Source: an uncultured virus (IMG/VR IMGVR_UViG_3300028591_000105)
Taxonomy: Duplodnaviria; Heunggongvirae; Uroviricota; Caudoviricetes
Virus record (IMG/VR): IMGVR_UViG_3300028591_000105
Reading direction: 5' to 3' (one strand)
Length of the DNA: 64,000 nt
Shown here: positions 62,060-64,000 of the stretch, in pieces
Layout of the letters: each line of letters starts with the position of its first letter
How positions within the stretch are numbered: the stretch's first letter is position 1
The notes under the pieces: generated by a model
The model's database searches: none
Told to the model about the DNA's origin: nothing
Seen by the model: the letters and a program-made list of their open reading frames with translations, nothing else
Position numbers and translations under genes: made by a program

Positions 62060-62248
62060 TTATACTAAACGATAAGACCATTCAATATCATCAATTACAT
62101 CATCAAGTTCTTCACCAAGTTCTGCGAGAAATTGCGTTAAAGCACTGTCTAAAATGTCTGTGAGATTTTCCCCTGAAATACGATAATCTCTTTCAAAATA
62201 ACCGTCACCGTATCCCTCAATATATGTAATTGTAATTGCATATGTCAT
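62060..62248 (-). CDS. early acidic protein, paralogue of 52933
   Basis: shared YIEGYGDGY and GEELDDVID; promoter -35 at 62303. Confidence 0.8.
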   Translation of the reverse strand: MTYAITITYIEGYGDGYFERDYRISGENLTDILDSALTQFLAELGEELDDVIDDIEWSYRLV

Positions 62249-62411
62249 ATTAAACACAACCTTTCTTTACTGTAATTATATTATACCATATTCTAACTCA
62301 ATTGTCAATGAATATTTTGTAAATATTTTGCGAGATTGTTATGAACATCTGCGACGCCGCCGTCGTAACTGTTCATAAAAAGTTAAAACGGGCATAATGC
62401 CCGCTTTACAT

Positions 62412-62759
62412 TTATACTTCTGTTTCTCCTATCTTTTCCTGAAAATTTATATAATAATCAAGTATCATTTCATATTTTTCAATAACCTCTTCCAGTGTAT
62501 ATAACACTAAATCATCAAAAATGAAAATATTATCGACAGAATTTTCATCACTAACATCAAACTGATAAAACTCAACATCATCAAGTCCCGCTGATTCATT
62601 GTACAGATAAAGTAAAAAACGTTCCTTATCATCATCAGTGCAGTCTGCAAATTTAAAAGGACGTTCCTCTAAAACTACCTCTTCATAAAAAGTATCAAAG
62701 TCAAGTCCATTTTCTACCTCTACCCACTTGTTTTCCTTGTTAAATAACATTATTTTCAT
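62412..62759 (-). CDS. early highly acidic protein
   Basis: very D/E-rich; promoter -35 at 62834. Confidence 0.75.
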   Translation of the reverse strand: MKIMLFNKENKWVEVENGLDFDTFYEEVVLEERPFKFADCTDDDKERFLLYLYNESAGLDDVEFYQFDVSDENSVDNIFIFDDLVLYTLEEVIEKYEMILDYYINFQEKIGETEV

Positions 62760-63110
62760 GGTATCAATTCCTTTCTGTTTTATAGAGTTTTCTCTCTTTT
62801 CTTTAATACTATTATATCACACATAAGCCGTTTTGTCAATGAATAAATTGTAAACTATTTATTAATACTTTTTGCCGCCCTACCACATTCTGTCAGGAAT
62901 ACCAATTTTTGGTAGGGCGGCGCTTTGTAACTAAATTGTGAACATATACGATGGCAACGTCGTAAACATTTACAATTTAAATTCAAATTGTTTACATTTT
63001 ATTCATTGACTTCTGCTCAGATATATGCTATAATATAATTACAGTAAGGGAGAAAAAACTCCACGAACTGAAAAAATCAAATCCCTATAAGGGTAGAAAG
63101 AGGTATTATT

Positions 63111-63629
63111 ATGAAGATGAACAGAGAGTATTTTAACAAGTTAGCAGACATTATGTTTAATGGTGACGATGAGGTTGACGTTCCCGAAAGTTTTCGTAAA
63201 GCAGTCATGCATGGCGTTATTAAGGGAGAGATAAAAAAGGTAGCAGAGGAACTTTATCCTAATCATAAGCTTCCCAGTATTAGTGCTTCAACCACAATTG
63301 CAAAGAAACTGGGAAGAAATGCTAATCAGGTAGCTTATTATCTTAGTGAGTTAATACATGAAGATGAAATTTTTAATTGGGAATGGGAGCCTACTAATAC
63401 TAAGTCTGCAAAGGTTAATGATTTACTTAACAAGACTTTTTCTGAAAAAAATGTTCAGTACATGGACGTTTATACACTCGCAGAGCTTTTTGATATGACT
63501 GTAAATTCTATCATTGCTTGTGTAAGTAATGCCAATAGTCGTTGTGAAAAGTATTTTATAGAAACTCTGGATTGCTACGATGAAAGAGGTAGACGTATGA
63601 TTTATGTAAAACATTATAAGAACAGATAA
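63111..63629 (+). CDS. early tandem HTH-like protein
   Basis: TTGACT-17-TATAAT at 63006; IAKKLGRNANQVAYYL and TLAELFDMTVNSI. Confidence 0.75.
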   Translation: MKMNREYFNKLADIMFNGDDEVDVPESFRKAVMHGVIKGEIKKVAEELYPNHKLPSISASTTIAKKLGRNANQVAYYLSELIHEDEIFNWEWEPTNTKSAKVNDLLNKTFSEKNVQYMDVYTLAELFDMTVNSIIACVSNANSRCEKYFIETLDCYDERGRRMIYVKHYKNR

Positions 63630-63811
63630 TCTAAAGTGGGCGCAAATGCCCGCTTTCTTTTATCCTAATTATTAACAAAATGTTACAAAATGCCGGCGCG
63701 CCATAATAGAAAATTCATAAAATAAATACAATTTATTGATGATTCTAAAGGTGAGATATGGTATAATATAATTACAGTAAAGGGCAAAACCTAAAGGAAG
63801 GAATTGATATT

Positions 63812-64000
63812 ATGGACTATGTAAAAATTGACGTATATATGGAGCAGATTAATTTTGATTATACCAATCTGTTTAAGATAAGAAGGCACAGAAGCTTTTC
63901 AAGTATGGAACTTCTTTATGCTCATCTTCTTTCATCGTGTATCTCAGTTGTTGAAATGGACACAACTAAGATTGAAGATGAAACGAATAAACTTAAAGAG
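63812..64000 (+). CDS. early hypothetical protein (3' end outside window)
   Basis: TATAAT at 63762, AAGGA RBS, open frame to window end. Confidence 0.65.
   Translation, partial: MDYVKIDVYMEQINFDYTNLFKIRRHRSFSSMELLYAHLLSSCISVVEMDTTKIEDETNKLKE

Larger units (their letters stand above)
50750..63770. promoter_or_regulatory. array of about 20 near-consensus sigmaA promoters
   Basis: minus-strand -35 boxes at 50773, 51707, 52207, 53332, 54459, 55309, 56300, 57900, 58531, 59628, 60506, 61166, 61663, 62303, 62834; plus-strand at 52395, 53385, 63006; many share upstream TTTACAA..TTCATTGAC and downstream TATAATATAATTACAGTAA. Confidence 0.85.

Noticed and set aside
59731..62974. Canonical integron
   Set aside because: No integron integrase or attI seen, hairpins are shorter than attC and cassettes carry their own promoters; kept only as an analogy
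49860..63000. CRISPR array
   Set aside because: Repeats are degenerate, irregularly spaced and separated by whole genes; no constant repeat-spacer period and no cas genes

Overview
AT-rich (roughly 30% GC by eye) segment of a large tailed dsDNA phage, probably infecting a Firmicute/Clostridia-type host (strong GGAGG Shine-Dalgarno sites, sigmaA-type promoters, SPbeta-like head gene order). The ORF track is fragmented because the phage reads TAG as Gln (code 15): conserved motifs such as DnaE GIT*LDP and RuvC LAID*ATG run through TAG, and the fragments join in one frame into full genes ending in TAA/TGA. Layout: 1-6.1 kb (+) replication genes (DnaE, ClpP-like, dUTPase, RuvC-like); 6.2-9.1 kb (-) six-gene accessory module; 9.3-48.4 kb (-) virion operon (terminase, portal, scaffold/protease, capsid, head-tail genes, five tail-tube paralogues, tape measure, Dit-like and tail-tip proteins); 48.6-49.8 kb a TAG-saturated sigma-region-4-like regulator; 49.9-64 kb an early region of about 20 promoter-gene-terminator cassettes with no internal TAG, separated by families of repeated palindromes and including a tRNA-Lys and a structured-RNA/minigene cassette bracketed by perfect 64-bp direct repeats. 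GCCGGC is strongly over-represented across the window. All calls were made by eye; no searches were run.
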